In this document: one piece after another, positions 49,067 to 58,852 of the stretch
How the letters are laid out: every line of letters starts with the position of its first letter
How positions within the stretch are numbered: the stretch's first letter is position 1
DNA from: Clostridia bacterium
GTDB lineage: Bacteria > Bacillota > Clostridia > TANB77 > CAG-508
Assembly: GCA_017625465.1 (NCBI GenBank)
Contig: JAGAKS010000003.1
Location: 46,722 to 110,721, forward strand
Length of the DNA: 64,000 nucleotides
Reading direction: 5' to 3'
Notes under the pieces: generated by a model
What the model saw: the letters and a program-made list of their open reading frames with translations, nothing else
Databases searched by the model: none
What the model was told of the DNA's origin: nothing
Position numbers and translations under genes: made by a program

Positions 49067-49699
49067 TTGGAATATGTTTTTACTTTTTTAGAAGGTATTG
49101 CAAGTTTTATTTCTCCATGTTTACTACCAATGTTACCAATATATATTTCGTATTTCATGGGTGAAGAGGAAGAAAATAATAAAAAAGCAATAATAAATTC
49201 AATAGGATTTGTCTTAGGATTTACAATTGTATTTTTAATTCTTTCAATATTTGCTAGTACTTTTGGAATTTTAATAAGTAAATATTTAAAATATATAAAA
49301 ATTGTTTTTGGAATAATTATAATCTTACTTGGATTAAATTATATGGAATTACTGCAATTTAAGTTTTTAAATAGAAACAAAGGTGTAAAATTTAATACTA
49401 AGAATCTAAATTTTTTTAAAGCAATGTTATTCGGAATTTTGTTTTCAATTAGTTGGACACCATGTATAGGAAGTTTTTTAGGTTCAGCACTTTTAATAGT
49501 AGCTAAGGGACAGAATTTAATAAAAGGTATAATATTAATGTTGCTTTATTCAATAGGATTAGGAATTCCATTTGTTATATCAGTAGTTTTAATGGAAAAG
49601 CTAAAAAATATTTTTAGTGTTATAAAAAATAATTATAAAATTATAAAAAAAGTATCAGGTATAATTTTAATTTTTATGGGATTATATGTAATGTTTTAA
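49067..49699 (+). CDS. ccdA: CcdA/DsbD-family thiol-disulfide transfer membrane protein
   Basis: It is polytopic and has FISPCLLPMLPIY and WTPCIG Cys motifs. The start is TTG. Confidence 0.8.
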   Translation: MEYVFTFLEGIASFISPCLLPMLPIYISYFMGEEEENNKKAIINSIGFVLGFTIVFLILSIFASTFGILISKYLKYIKIVFGIIIILLGLNYMELLQFKFLNRNKGVKFNTKNLNFFKAMLFGILFSISWTPCIGSFLGSALLIVAKGQNLIKGIILMLLYSIGLGIPFVISVVLMEKLKNIFSVIKNNYKIIKKVSGIILIFMGLYVMF

Positions 49700-49716
49700 A
49701 TTGAAAGGGAAAAATT

Positions 49717-50187
49717 ATGAAAAACAAGTTTTTTACAATTGTTTTAGTTGTTGTGTTTGTAGTTTTATTGGTAGTTATAAATAATTTTATGAATAAAACA
49801 AGCGAAGTAAATTTGCAAAGTGGAAATATAGCTGAATCGAATGATTTAGAAAAAAATAATGGAGAGGAGAATAAAAATATGGCAGTTATGAGTGTTTCAA
49901 GTGAAAATTTTGAGGAAGAGGTATTAAAAAGCGATAAGAAAGTTTTAATTGATTTTTATGCAGATTGGTGTGGACCTTGTAAAATGTTATCGCCTATAGT
50001 TGAGGCTTTCGCAAGCGAAAATTCATCTATAAAAGTAGTTAAAGTAGATATAGATGTAAATCCAGCTTTAGCAGCTAAATATGGTGTTTCATCAATTCCA
50101 ACTTTAATAGTTATTGAAAATGGTGAAGTAAAAAATACAAGTGTTGGACTTATCAGTAAAAGTGAAGTTGAGGCTTTGGTAAAATAA
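49717..50187 (+). CDS. Membrane-anchored thioredoxin
   Basis: It has an N-terminal TM helix, the WCGPCK active site and GVSSIPT. Confidence 0.88.
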   Translation: MKNKFFTIVLVVVFVVLLVVINNFMNKTSEVNLQSGNIAESNDLEKNNGEENKNMAVMSVSSENFEEEVLKSDKKVLIDFYADWCGPCKMLSPIVEAFASENSSIKVVKVDIDVNPALAAKYGVSSIPTLIVIENGEVKNTSVGLISKSEVEALVK

Positions 50188-51057
50188 ATGGATAATAGTT
50201 TTTTTGAAATGTTAAAAAATCAATATGGAGAAGAAATTGCTAAAGAAATTTTGCAAGGGCAAATTATTAAAAGAAAGGTAACTTTTAGAGTAAATACTAT
50301 AAAATCTAATAATGAAAAGATAGAAAAAGTTTTAAATGAAAACAATATAGTATTTACAAAAGTTTCTTGGTATGATAGCGCATATATTATAGAAAAGGCT
50401 GTTGAAAGCGATTTGAAAGAATTAGATATTTATAAAAATGGTGAAATTTATTTGCAAAGTTTGTCTTCTATGCTTCCACCTTTGATTTTAAATGCAGAAA
50501 CAGGAATAGATATTTTAGACATGGCAGCAGCTCCAGGAGGAAAAACTACTCAAATTGCTGCTCTTACTAATAATTTGAGTAATATAACTGCTTGCGAAAT
50601 GAATACTATTAGAGCCGAAAGATTGAAATATAATATTGACAAACAAGGAGCAACTTCTTGTTTTGTTATGCAAAAAGATGCACGAAACATAGATGACTTT
50701 TTTAAATTTGACAAAATATTGTTAGATGCACCATGTAGTGGAAGTGGAACAGAAAGCTTTAAAAAAGAAATTATTGATAAATGTGCTAAAACACAAGAAG
50801 CATTACTAAATAAAGCTTTAAAAGTTTTAAAGACTAATTGCGAAATGGTATATTCGACATGTTCAATTTTAGAAAAAGAAAATGAAAATATTATTCAAAA
50901 ATTTGTAAGTACTGGCAGATGTGAAGTAGTGCCAATTACTTTTGAAGGTATTAAAGAATTACCGTTACTTCCTACTAAAATAAGTGGAACTTTAGTAGTT
51001 GCTCCCAATAATTTTTTTGAGGGCTTTTATATAGCAAAACTAAGAAAAACCAAGTAA
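50188..51057 (+). CDS. RsmB/RsmF-family (NOL1/NOP2/Sun) RNA m5C methyltransferase
   Basis: DMAAAPGGKTTQIA is the SAM-binding site. DAPCSGSG and YSTCS carry the catalytic cysteines. Confidence 0.85.
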   Translation: MDNSFFEMLKNQYGEEIAKEILQGQIIKRKVTFRVNTIKSNNEKIEKVLNENNIVFTKVSWYDSAYIIEKAVESDLKELDIYKNGEIYLQSLSSMLPPLILNAETGIDILDMAAAPGGKTTQIAALTNNLSNITACEMNTIRAERLKYNIDKQGATSCFVMQKDARNIDDFFKFDKILLDAPCSGSGTESFKKEIIDKCAKTQEALLNKALKVLKTNCEMVYSTCSILEKENENIIQKFVSTGRCEVVPITFEGIKELPLLPTKISGTLVVAPNNFFEGFYIAKLRKTK

Positions 51058-51132
51058 AGAAGAGAAAAAAAGAGTATTAAATTTTATCTGAATAATTTTT
51101 ACAAAAAAATTACTTTTATATTACAAAAGTCT

Positions 51133-51161
51133 TTGACTTTTGCTTGTTTTTGTAGTATAAT
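51133..51161 (+). promoter_or_regulatory. Consensus sigma-A promoter for carD
   Basis: TTGACT, 17 nt spacer, TATAAT. Confidence 0.6.
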
Positions 51162-51209
51162 TGTAATGTAGTAATAACATTTACTTGGAAGGAGTGACAA
51201 ATTAAAATT

Positions 51210-51773
51210 ATGTTTAATGTAGGTGATAAAATAGTGTACCCAATGCATGGAGCTGGTATTATTGAAGCAATTGAAGAAAAATCAGTATGTAACGAAAAAC
51301 AATCTTTTTACATAATCAAAATGCCTGGTGAAGTTAAAGTTATGGTACCTACTGCAAAAGCAGAAGAAATTGGTGTTAGAAATATAATAGACAGCGAAAC
51401 TGCCGGAAAAGTAATTAGCATCCTAGAACAAGAGAGTACAGAAATGTCTGTAAAATGGAACAAGAGATATAGAGATAATGTTGAAAAAATGAAATCTGGA
51501 GATATCTATGAAGTAGCAGACATAGTAAGAAACTTAAGTTTTAAACAAAAGGATAAAGGGCTATCTACAACAGAGAAAAAAATGTTATTAAATGCAAAAC
51601 AAATTCTTGTAAGCGAATTAGTTTTAGCAGAAAGTAAAGGAAAAGAAGAAATAGAAGAATTAGTTGAAAGTAAAATTAATACTTCTTATGAATTACATTC
51701 AGTTTCTCCAGTAGCTGAAGTTACTGATGAAGCACCAGTTAATGTAATGAAAAAATTCATTCCTCAAACTTAA
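51210..51773 (+). CDS. carD: CarD/CdnL-family RNA polymerase-binding regulator
   Basis: MFNVGDKIVYPMHGAGIIEAIEEK is the CarD_TRCF N-terminal domain. Confidence 0.88.
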   Translation: MFNVGDKIVYPMHGAGIIEAIEEKSVCNEKQSFYIIKMPGEVKVMVPTAKAEEIGVRNIIDSETAGKVISILEQESTEMSVKWNKRYRDNVEKMKSGDIYEVADIVRNLSFKQKDKGLSTTEKKMLLNAKQILVSELVLAESKGKEEIEELVESKINTSYELHSVSPVAEVTDEAPVNVMKKFIPQT

Positions 51774-51794
51774 ATTATATAATAATATAAAGAG

Positions 51795-51830
51795 AAAAGA
51801 TTATATATCAGCTTGGTATATAATCTTTTA
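51795..51830 (+). terminator. Rho-independent terminator
   Basis: Stem aaagattatata, loop tcagcttgg, stem tatataatcttt, followed by t. Confidence 0.65.
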
Positions 51831-51912
51831 AGTTTTATGTTTACTTTTGTGACAAAATAGGAAGGATTTAAAAATTATCTGTCGAATATTATAATATGAA
51901 AGGTATGAAATA

Positions 51913-53697
51913 ATGGTTCAATATAGCAATGAATTAAAAGAAGAGATTAGAGCCGCAAATGACATAGTTGATGTTATATCTCAGTATGTAACATTAAAAC
52001 GAAGTGGTAGAAACTACTTTGGCATTTGTCCATTTCACAGAGAAAAATCCCCTTCTTTTTCTGTTTCTCCAGATAGGCAATATTTCCATTGTTTTGGATG
52101 CCATAAAGGAGGAGATGTTTTCACTTTTGTTAGTGAAATAGAAAAATTGTCTTTTAAAGAGACAGTGGAATTTCTTGCGGAAAGAGGACATGTTACACTA
52201 CCTGCAGAGCAAGATGAAGGCTTTAATGAAAAACAATATTTAAAAGATAGAATGTATAAAATTAATCTTGAAACTACTCTATTTTTTCACGAAAGATTAT
52301 ATCAGCCTTTAGCTAAAATAGCACAAAATTATGTAAAAGAAAGAAAATTAGATAATGCTACTTTAAAAGCTTTTAAAATAGGATATTCTGGCGAATATAA
52401 CGAATTATATAAGCATTTAAAGTCAAAAGGTTTTAAAGATAATGAAATTTTAGCAACAGGGCTTGTTAACAAAAATGATAGAGGAGAATTTATTGATCGA
52501 TTTAGAAAAAGACTTATGTTTCCAATAATGACCGTTAATGGAAAGGTCGTTGCTTTTGGAGGCAGAAGGCTTGACAATAATGAAAAGACTGCTAAATACA
52601 TAAATTCTAATGAAAATTTAATATATTCAAAAAAACAGCATTTATTTGCATTAAATTTAGCAAAACAAACCAACGATAAACAAATTATATTAGTTGAAGG
52701 TTATATGGATGCAATTTCATTACATCAAAGAGGTATTAAAAACGTAGTTGCATCTTTAGGAACGGCGCTTACGGAGGAGCAAGGAAGATTACTTAGAAAA
52801 TATAGCGAACAAGTGCTAATGAGTTATGATTCTGATGGTGCTGGACAAGAAGCAATTATGAGAGGACTTGAGATATTAGGTGCTCAAGGTTGCGATGCAA
52901 GGGTTATTCAAATGGAAGGTGCAAAAGACCCAGATGAATATATTATAAAATATGGTAGTGAGAGGTTTAAGTTGCTTGCAAAAAATGCTATCTCACTAGT
53001 AGAATTTAAAATAAAAATGATTAGAAGTAAATATGATTTAGAAAATGCAACAGATAAAGTTAGATTTTTAAAAGAGATTACAAAGGTCTTATCTAAAGTT
53101 GAGAATAATATTGAAAGAGAAATTTATATTGGTAAAGTTGCAGAACAATATAAAATTTCTAAAGAAGCAATTTATGTAGAAGTTAATAAGCAAACGTATA
53201 AAAATCAAGCTTCTAAAGATAATATAAAAAGTAGACCTATACATAAAGAAGAAATCAATCAAGAAGAAATATCAGAATCTATTATAAAACGTGAAAATAT
53301 GGTTTTATATTTACTGATAAATCATTATGAGGAATCTGTTATAGATATAACTAGCAATATTGTAAAAGAAGATTTTAAATTAGAAGTAAATCAAAAAATT
53401 TTTGAAGCAATTACAGAAGCTAAAGAGAAAAGTAAAGATAGAATATTACAAGTATTATCAAATATTGAAGATAATGAATTACAATCTCAAATTAGTGAAA
53501 TAATGCTTTCAGATTATGAAATAACCTCTGTACAGAAATGTATAGAAGATATAATTATAAATTATACTAAGGAAAGATTAAATAATAGAAAATTGGCTAT
53601 AATTAAAGAGTTAGAAAATCCAAGTTTACCTCGTGAAGATGCATCTATGTTAGAGGTTGAACTTAACAACATAATAATCGAATTAGCTAAAATGTAA
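51913..53697 (+). CDS. dnaG: DNA primase
   Basis: The zinc ribbon is CPFHREKSPSFSVSPDRQYFHCFGC. The Toprim domain has EGYMD and DSDGAG. Confidence 0.95.
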   Translation: MVQYSNELKEEIRAANDIVDVISQYVTLKRSGRNYFGICPFHREKSPSFSVSPDRQYFHCFGCHKGGDVFTFVSEIEKLSFKETVEFLAERGHVTLPAEQDEGFNEKQYLKDRMYKINLETTLFFHERLYQPLAKIAQNYVKERKLDNATLKAFKIGYSGEYNELYKHLKSKGFKDNEILATGLVNKNDRGEFIDRFRKRLMFPIMTVNGKVVAFGGRRLDNNEKTAKYINSNENLIYSKKQHLFALNLAKQTNDKQIILVEGYMDAISLHQRGIKNVVASLGTALTEEQGRLLRKYSEQVLMSYDSDGAGQEAIMRGLEILGAQGCDARVIQMEGAKDPDEYIIKYGSERFKLLAKNAISLVEFKIKMIRSKYDLENATDKVRFLKEITKVLSKVENNIEREIYIGKVAEQYKISKEAIYVEVNKQTYKNQASKDNIKSRPIHKEEINQEEISESIIKRENMVLYLLINHYEESVIDITSNIVKEDFKLEVNQKIFEAITEAKEKSKDRILQVLSNIEDNELQSQISEIMLSDYEITSVQKCIEDIIINYTKERLNNRKLAIIKELENPSLPREDASMLEVELNNIIIELAKM

Positions 53698-53718
53698 GTA
53701 GGAGGTTTTATTAAAAAA

Positions 53719-55149
53719 ATGAAAAAAAACGAAAACGAAGAAGAAGTAAAAGAGAAAAAAGCTAAAACTACTAAAAAAACTACAGATAATAACACAAAAA
53801 GTACTGCCAAAGAAACTGCAAAAAAAGAAGTAAAGAAAGAAAAAACAGAAACTAAAAAGGAAAGCAAAGAAGAAAAAGCATCAAAAGAGGTAGAGAAAAA
53901 AACAAGTAATAAAAAAGTAGCAAAAGAAGATAAAAAAGAACCAGTCAAAAAAGAAAAATCTAAAAAGGCAGAAAAAGTTGAAGAAGCTGAGAAGGTTGAA
54001 GAAATAAAAGAAGTTGAACCAAAAGAAAAAGTTAAAGCTACTAAAAAGACTTCAAAAACAGAAACTAGCAATGAAGAAGAAAAAGTTGTTAATATTCTAA
54101 AAGCAGCTAAAGAAAAAGGAAACATTACTTACGGAGAACTTGCTGCTGAACTTGGTGAAGCTGGTCCAGAAGAAATAGATAAAGTATTTGATGCTTTTGA
54201 AGAAATGGGAATTAATATCTTAAAAGATGATGAAGATTTATTAGAACCAGATATTGATGAATTAAATGATGTAGAAGATATAAAAATAGAAGAATTAGAT
54301 GTTTCTAACATAGAAGGTGTTAGTGTTGATGACCCTGTTAGAATGTATTTAAAAGAAATTGGTAAAATCCCATTACTTTCTTTTGAAGAAGAATTAGAGC
54401 TTGCTAAAAGAGTTTTAGAAGATGATGAAGAAGCTAAACAAAAATTAGCAGAGTCAAACTTAAGATTAGTTGTTAGTATTGCTAAAAAATATGTTGGTAG
54501 AGGAATGCTTTTCTTAGATTTAATTCAAGAAGGAAATATGGGCTTAATCAAAGCTGTAGAAAAATTCGATTATAAAAAAGGTTACAAATTTAGTACTTAT
54601 GCTACATGGTGGATTAGACAAGCTATTACAAGAGCTATTGCTGACCAAGCAAGAACAATAAGAATACCAGTTCACATGGTAGAAACAATTAATAAATTAA
54701 TTAGAATTTCAAGACACTTATTACAAATATTAGGTAGAGAGCCATCTCCTGAAGAAATTGCAGAAGAAATGGAAATTCCAGTTGAAAAAGTTATGGAAAT
54801 TCAAAAAATTGCTCAAGATCCAGTTTCATTAGAAACACCAATTGGCGAAGAAGATGATAGCCATTTAGGAGATTTTATTCCAGATGACGAATCACCTGCA
54901 CCACAAGATTCTGCTGCATATACATTACTAAAAGAGCAATTAGAAGAAGTAATGCAAACTCTTACACCAAGAGAAGCAAAAGTTTTAAAATTAAGATTTG
55001 GTCTTGAAGACGGTAAAGCTAGAACTCTTGAAGAAGTTGGTCGTGAGTTCCAAGTTACTCGTGAAAGAATTAGACAAATTGAAGCAAAAGCCTTAAGAAA
55101 ATTAAGACATCCAAGTAGAAGTAAAAGATTAAAAGATTATATGAGCTAA
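53719..55149 (+). CDS. sigA: Primary sigma factor SigA/RpoD with a long Lys/Glu-rich N-terminal extension
   Basis: [27 protein letters not shown] is region 2.4/3.0. The region 4.2 HTH is [27 protein letters not shown]. The first ~125 aa are a K/E/T low-complexity stretch. Confidence 0.96.
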   Translation: MKKNENEEEVKEKKAKTTKKTTDNNTKSTAKETAKKEVKKEKTETKKESKEEKASKEVEKKTSNKKVAKEDKKEPVKKEKSKKAEKVEEAEKVEEIKEVEPKEKVKATKKTSKTETSNEEEKVVNILKAAKEKGNITYGELAAELGEAGPEEIDKVFDAFEEMGINILKDDEDLLEPDIDELNDVEDIKIEELDVSNIEGVSVDDPVRMYLKEIGKIPLLSFEEELELAKRVLEDDEEAKQKLAESNLRLVVSIAKKYVGRGMLFLDLIQEGNMGLIKAVEKFDYKKGYKFSTYATWWIRQAITRAIADQARTIRIPVHMVETINKLIRISRHLLQILGREPSPEEIAEEMEIPVEKVMEIQKIAQDPVSLETPIGEEDDSHLGDFIPDDESPAPQDSAAYTLLKEQLEEVMQTLTPREAKVLKLRFGLEDGKARTLEEVGREFQVTRERIRQIEAKALRKLRHPSRSKRLKDYMS

Positions 55150-55164
55150 AATAAAGGAGATGAT

Positions 55165-55662
55165 TTGGTAGTGAAAAAAGCAAAAGTTAACCAAGTAAAT
55201 ACTGAAGAACCAGGCATGGAGGAAAAAGTATCTGCCAAAGAAGGATTTGGAGCAGTAGCTGGAATGTTTGGAGATAATCCAGATTATTTAGTGGTTTCAG
55301 ATGATGAGGTACTTAGCAATATGAAAAAAGATTTAGAAAAAAGAATTGCTAAATGCCAAAATCCAGCAGAAAAAGCTGAACTAAAAAAAGAACTTTTAAT
55401 ACTTGAAATTCTTATTATTCAAAGAGAAAAAATAGACAAAGAAGCTGCTATTATAATGAATAATGAAGAAGCTGTTGGAAAAGATTATGAAACAGAGAAA
55501 GCCAAAGAGAAGAAAAAGAAAGCTAGAGATAAGCAACAAAAAGCTTTAATAGATAAACTAAACGAGCTTAATATATCAAATTTAGACATAGATATAAAAA
55601 CACCAGAAAAGCCAGATGCACGTGCTAAAGGTGGAATGGAAAGAAAAGATAGAATAAGATAG
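55165..55662 (+). CDS. Hypothetical charged/coiled-coil protein
   Basis: The 165 aa product is K/E-rich. I recognise no family. The start is uncertain (TTG at 55165 or GTG at 55171). Confidence 0.4.
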   Translation: MVVKKAKVNQVNTEEPGMEEKVSAKEGFGAVAGMFGDNPDYLVVSDDEVLSNMKKDLEKRIAKCQNPAEKAELKKELLILEILIIQREKIDKEAAIIMNNEEAVGKDYETEKAKEKKKKARDKQQKALIDKLNELNISNLDIDIKTPEKPDARAKGGMERKDRIR

Positions 55663-55686
55663 CTAGAAGGAGAATAATATAAAGCA

Positions 55687-57450
55687 ATGATAAACGAATA
55701 TAGAACACATAATTGCGGTGAACTTAAGATAGATAATGTAAACGAAGAAGTTAGACTTGCCGGATTTGTACAAACAATTAGAAATCTTGGAAAAATGATG
55801 TTTATCGATTTAAGAGATGAAAACGGTATTACTCAAATTGTTATTGCTGAAACAGCAGGTTTAGAAGAAAAAGTTAAAGATATTACTAAAGAATGTACAA
55901 TCACAGTTAGTGGTAAAGTTGTGGAAAGAAGTAGCAAAAATCCTAAAATTTCTACAGGAGATATTGAAATAATAGCAGAAGATATTACTGTACTTGGAAA
56001 ATGCAAAAATGCTTTACCATTTGAAATAAATGTTGAAGGTCAAAATGTTAGAGAAGATTTAAGACTAGAATATAGATTTTTAGATTTAAGAAATGAAAAC
56101 ATTCATAAAAATATATTACTTCGTTCTAAAATTATGAAGGATTTTAGAACTATAATGGACGAACTTGGATTTACAGAAATTCAAACTCCAATTTTAGCAA
56201 ATTCTTCACCAGAAGGTGCTAGAGATTTCTTAGTTCCAAGTAGATTACATCCAGGAGAGTTTTATGCGCTTCCACAAGCACCACAACAATTTAAACAATT
56301 GCTTATGGTATCTGGATTTGAAAAATATTATCAAATAGCACCATGTTTTAGAGATGAAGATCCTAGAGCAGATAGATCTCCAGGAGAATTTTATCAATTA
56401 GACTTTGAAATGAGCTTTGTTACTCAAGAAGATGTTTTCAAAGTTATTGAAACAATTATACCAACTGTATTTAAGAAAAATACAGATTGGAAAGTTGAAG
56501 AAGGACCATTTGTTAGAATTCCATATAAAGAAGCAATGGAAAAATACGGTTCAGATAAACCAGATTTAAGAAATCCATTAATAATTGAAGATTTAACTGA
56601 TATTTTTGAAGGTACAGAATTCAATGCTTTTAAAGATAAAACTGTTAAAGCAATTGTTGTTTCAAATATGGAAGATAAACCTAGAAAATTCTTTGATCAA
56701 ATGAGCGAATATGCTGTTCAAGAACTTGGAGCAAAAGGTTTAGCTTGGGTTAAAGTTGATAGTGAAAGTAATTTATCAGGTGGAATTAGTAAATTTATTG
56801 ATGAAAATAGAAAAGCTAAAATATTTGAAAAAATGAAAGTAATTGCAAATTCTGCAATATTCTTTATAGCAGATGAGTTTGAACAAGCTCAAAAAATTGC
56901 AGGTGGAGTTAGAATAAAATTAGGTACAGAATTAGATTTATTAGAAAAAAATATTTATAAATTCTGTTTAATAGTTGATTTTCCAATGTATGAATTATCT
57001 GATGAAGGAAAAATTGATTTTAATCATAACCCATTTTCAATGCCACAAGGTGGTATGGAAGCTTTACTTACAAAAGATCCATTAGATATATATGCATATC
57101 AATATGATTTAGTTTGCAATGGTTATGAAATTATGTCAGGCGCTGTAAGAAATCATGATCAAGATATTATGATAAAAGCCTTTGAAATTGCAGGTTATAC
57201 AGTTGATGATGTAAAAAACAGATTTGGTGCTTTGTTTAACGCATTTAGTTATGGTACACCACCACATGCAGGAGCAGCACCAGGATTAGATAGAATAGTT
57301 ATGCTTCTTGCTAAAGAAGATAATATTAGAGAAGTAATTGCATTTCCAAAAAATAAAAAGGCTAGAGATTTATTAATGAATGCACCTTCTAAAGTTTTTG
57401 ATAAACAATTAGAAGAAGTACATATAAAATTAAATTTAGATGAGGAATAA
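55687..57450 (+). CDS. aspS: Aspartate--tRNA ligase
   Basis: It has an N-terminal OB fold and class II motifs FRDEDPRADR and GLDRIVML. The product is 587 aa. Confidence 0.96.
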   Translation: MINEYRTHNCGELKIDNVNEEVRLAGFVQTIRNLGKMMFIDLRDENGITQIVIAETAGLEEKVKDITKECTITVSGKVVERSSKNPKISTGDIEIIAEDITVLGKCKNALPFEINVEGQNVREDLRLEYRFLDLRNENIHKNILLRSKIMKDFRTIMDELGFTEIQTPILANSSPEGARDFLVPSRLHPGEFYALPQAPQQFKQLLMVSGFEKYYQIAPCFRDEDPRADRSPGEFYQLDFEMSFVTQEDVFKVIETIIPTVFKKNTDWKVEEGPFVRIPYKEAMEKYGSDKPDLRNPLIIEDLTDIFEGTEFNAFKDKTVKAIVVSNMEDKPRKFFDQMSEYAVQELGAKGLAWVKVDSESNLSGGISKFIDENRKAKIFEKMKVIANSAIFFIADEFEQAQKIAGGVRIKLGTELDLLEKNIYKFCLIVDFPMYELSDEGKIDFNHNPFSMPQGGMEALLTKDPLDIYAYQYDLVCNGYEIMSGAVRNHDQDIMIKAFEIAGYTVDDVKNRFGALFNAFSYGTPPHAGAAPGLDRIVMLLAKEDNIREVIAFPKNKKARDLLMNAPSKVFDKQLEEVHIKLNLDEE

Positions 57451-57457
57451 AATATTT

Positions 57458-58822
57458 ATGAAAAATTCAAAAATTATAAGTGCATTTTTTGTAATTTTAT
57501 TAGTACTACTAAGTTCCAATATTGCTTTTGCAGATACTGGTATTGTTAATACTCCTGCTGCTAGAATTAGGGAAAAAGCTAGTAAAGATGCTGAAATTTT
57601 AACAAGAGCTTATGAAGATGATGAAGTTGAAATTTTAGGTGAAGATGGAGATTGGTATCAAGTAAAAGTAAATGGTAAAACTGGTTATGTTAGCAAATCT
57701 TTGATAAAGAAAAAAGAAAGTACTTCAAATGATAAAGTAGAAAATACTGTATCTGATAATCAAACAAATGAAACTACTTCTGAAAATCAAGAAGTACCAG
57801 CAGAAGCAACACCAAGTAATGAAACAACTATATCTTCAAAAACAACTATAAAGGAAGATACTGTTGCTAGAATTATGCCAAATTTTGCTTCAAATGAATT
57901 AATTTTACTTACTAAAGGAACAGAAATTGAAGTTGTTAGAGAAATAAATAATTGGACAGAGATTATTATTTCTGGTAGAAAAGCTTGGATTTTAAAAAAT
58001 AAAGTAAATATTGGAGTAGTGGTACCTAACGAAGAACTTGAAAATACTACTCCAGAGCAAAATACAACTTCAGAAAATAATACAACTAAACCAGAAAATA
58101 CTGTTGTAGAAAATACAAATACAACAAATCAAAATACTACTAGTGAAAATACTTCTTCTGAAGCCAGAAATATGAAAGGTATAATAAACGTTGAAACAGC
58201 AAATGTTAGAGCAAAAGCCGAATCAAGTTCAAAAATAATAGATAAATTAGATGAAGATGATGAAGTTACTATTATAGCAGAAGAAGGAGATTTTTATAAA
58301 ATAACTACTAGTAAAATTGAAAGTGGTTATGTTGCAAAACGTTTAGTTACAGTTGCAGATATTTCTTCAAGAGGTACAGTTGAAGTTAGAGAAAAAGTAG
58401 AAGAAACCAAATCAGAAGCATCTACTGTTCAAACTAGTGCTAATAAAGGATTAGAAGTAATAGAATTTGCAAAGCAATATTTAGGGTATGATTATGTGCT
58501 AGGAGGAAAAACTCCAGAAACTGGATTTGATTGTTCAGGTTTTACAAGATATGTTTTTAAAAATTTTGGATATAGTTTAGGTACTGTTGCAGCAGACCAA
58601 ACTTCTTTAGGAACAGAAATTGATAAAAGCAATTTAAAAGAGGGCGATTTAATACTTTTTTACAACGAAGAAAATACTAAAATTGGACATACAGGTATAT
58701 ATATAGGTAATAATGAGTTTATACATGCTGCTAATCCAGAAAGAGGAGTAGTAACAGATAATTTAGTAACAAATAGTTATTATGCTACAAGATTTGTTAC
58801 TGCTAGAAGAATTGTAGAATAG
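57458..58822 (+). CDS. Secreted SH3b-repeat NlpC/P60 cell-wall hydrolase
   Basis: It has a signal peptide and three SH3b-like repeats (G.VN...A.IREKAS...W..V..NGKTGYV) separated by N/T/E-rich linkers. The C-terminal DCSGFTRYVF and GHTGIYIG carry the Cys/His catalytic pair. Confidence 0.88.
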   Translation: MKNSKIISAFFVILLVLLSSNIAFADTGIVNTPAARIREKASKDAEILTRAYEDDEVEILGEDGDWYQVKVNGKTGYVSKSLIKKKESTSNDKVENTVSDNQTNETTSENQEVPAEATPSNETTISSKTTIKEDTVARIMPNFASNELILLTKGTEIEVVREINNWTEIIISGRKAWILKNKVNIGVVVPNEELENTTPEQNTTSENNTTKPENTVVENTNTTNQNTTSENTSSEARNMKGIINVETANVRAKAESSSKIIDKLDEDDEVTIIAEEGDFYKITTSKIESGYVAKRLVTVADISSRGTVEVREKVEETKSEASTVQTSANKGLEVIEFAKQYLGYDYVLGGKTPETGFDCSGFTRYVFKNFGYSLGTVAADQTSLGTEIDKSNLKEGDLILFYNEENTKIGHTGIYIGNNEFIHAANPERGVVTDNLVTNSYYATRFVTARRIVE

Positions 58823-58852
58823 GAGTACAAAATAGAAAAGTTAAAAAAATAT

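Noticed and set aside
53730-54110. A possible tandem DNA repeat or minisatellite in the sigA 5' region. The same question applies to the PEK linker at 19040-19150 and the Asn/Thr tract at 20130-20300.
   Set aside because: These are biased-composition coding stretches with no exact periodic repeat unit that I could find. They are in frame and part of the surrounding genes.
53562-54125. A 187 aa minus-strand ORF antisense to the 5' part of sigA. Many similar antisense ORFs appear in the track, e.g. 15172-15648, 23250-23723, 27039-27509, 44401-44772 and 46804-47121.
   Set aside because: Each lies entirely inside a well-supported conserved gene on the other strand. Their products are Ser/Phe/Leu/Ile-rich low complexity, typical of the mirror frame of AT-rich, Lys/Glu-rich coding sequence. 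They also lack SD sequences. I treat them as non-coding.
55663-55686. A T-box leader upstream of aspS.
   Set aside because: Only 24 nt separate aspS from the preceding ORF, which leaves no room for a T-box.
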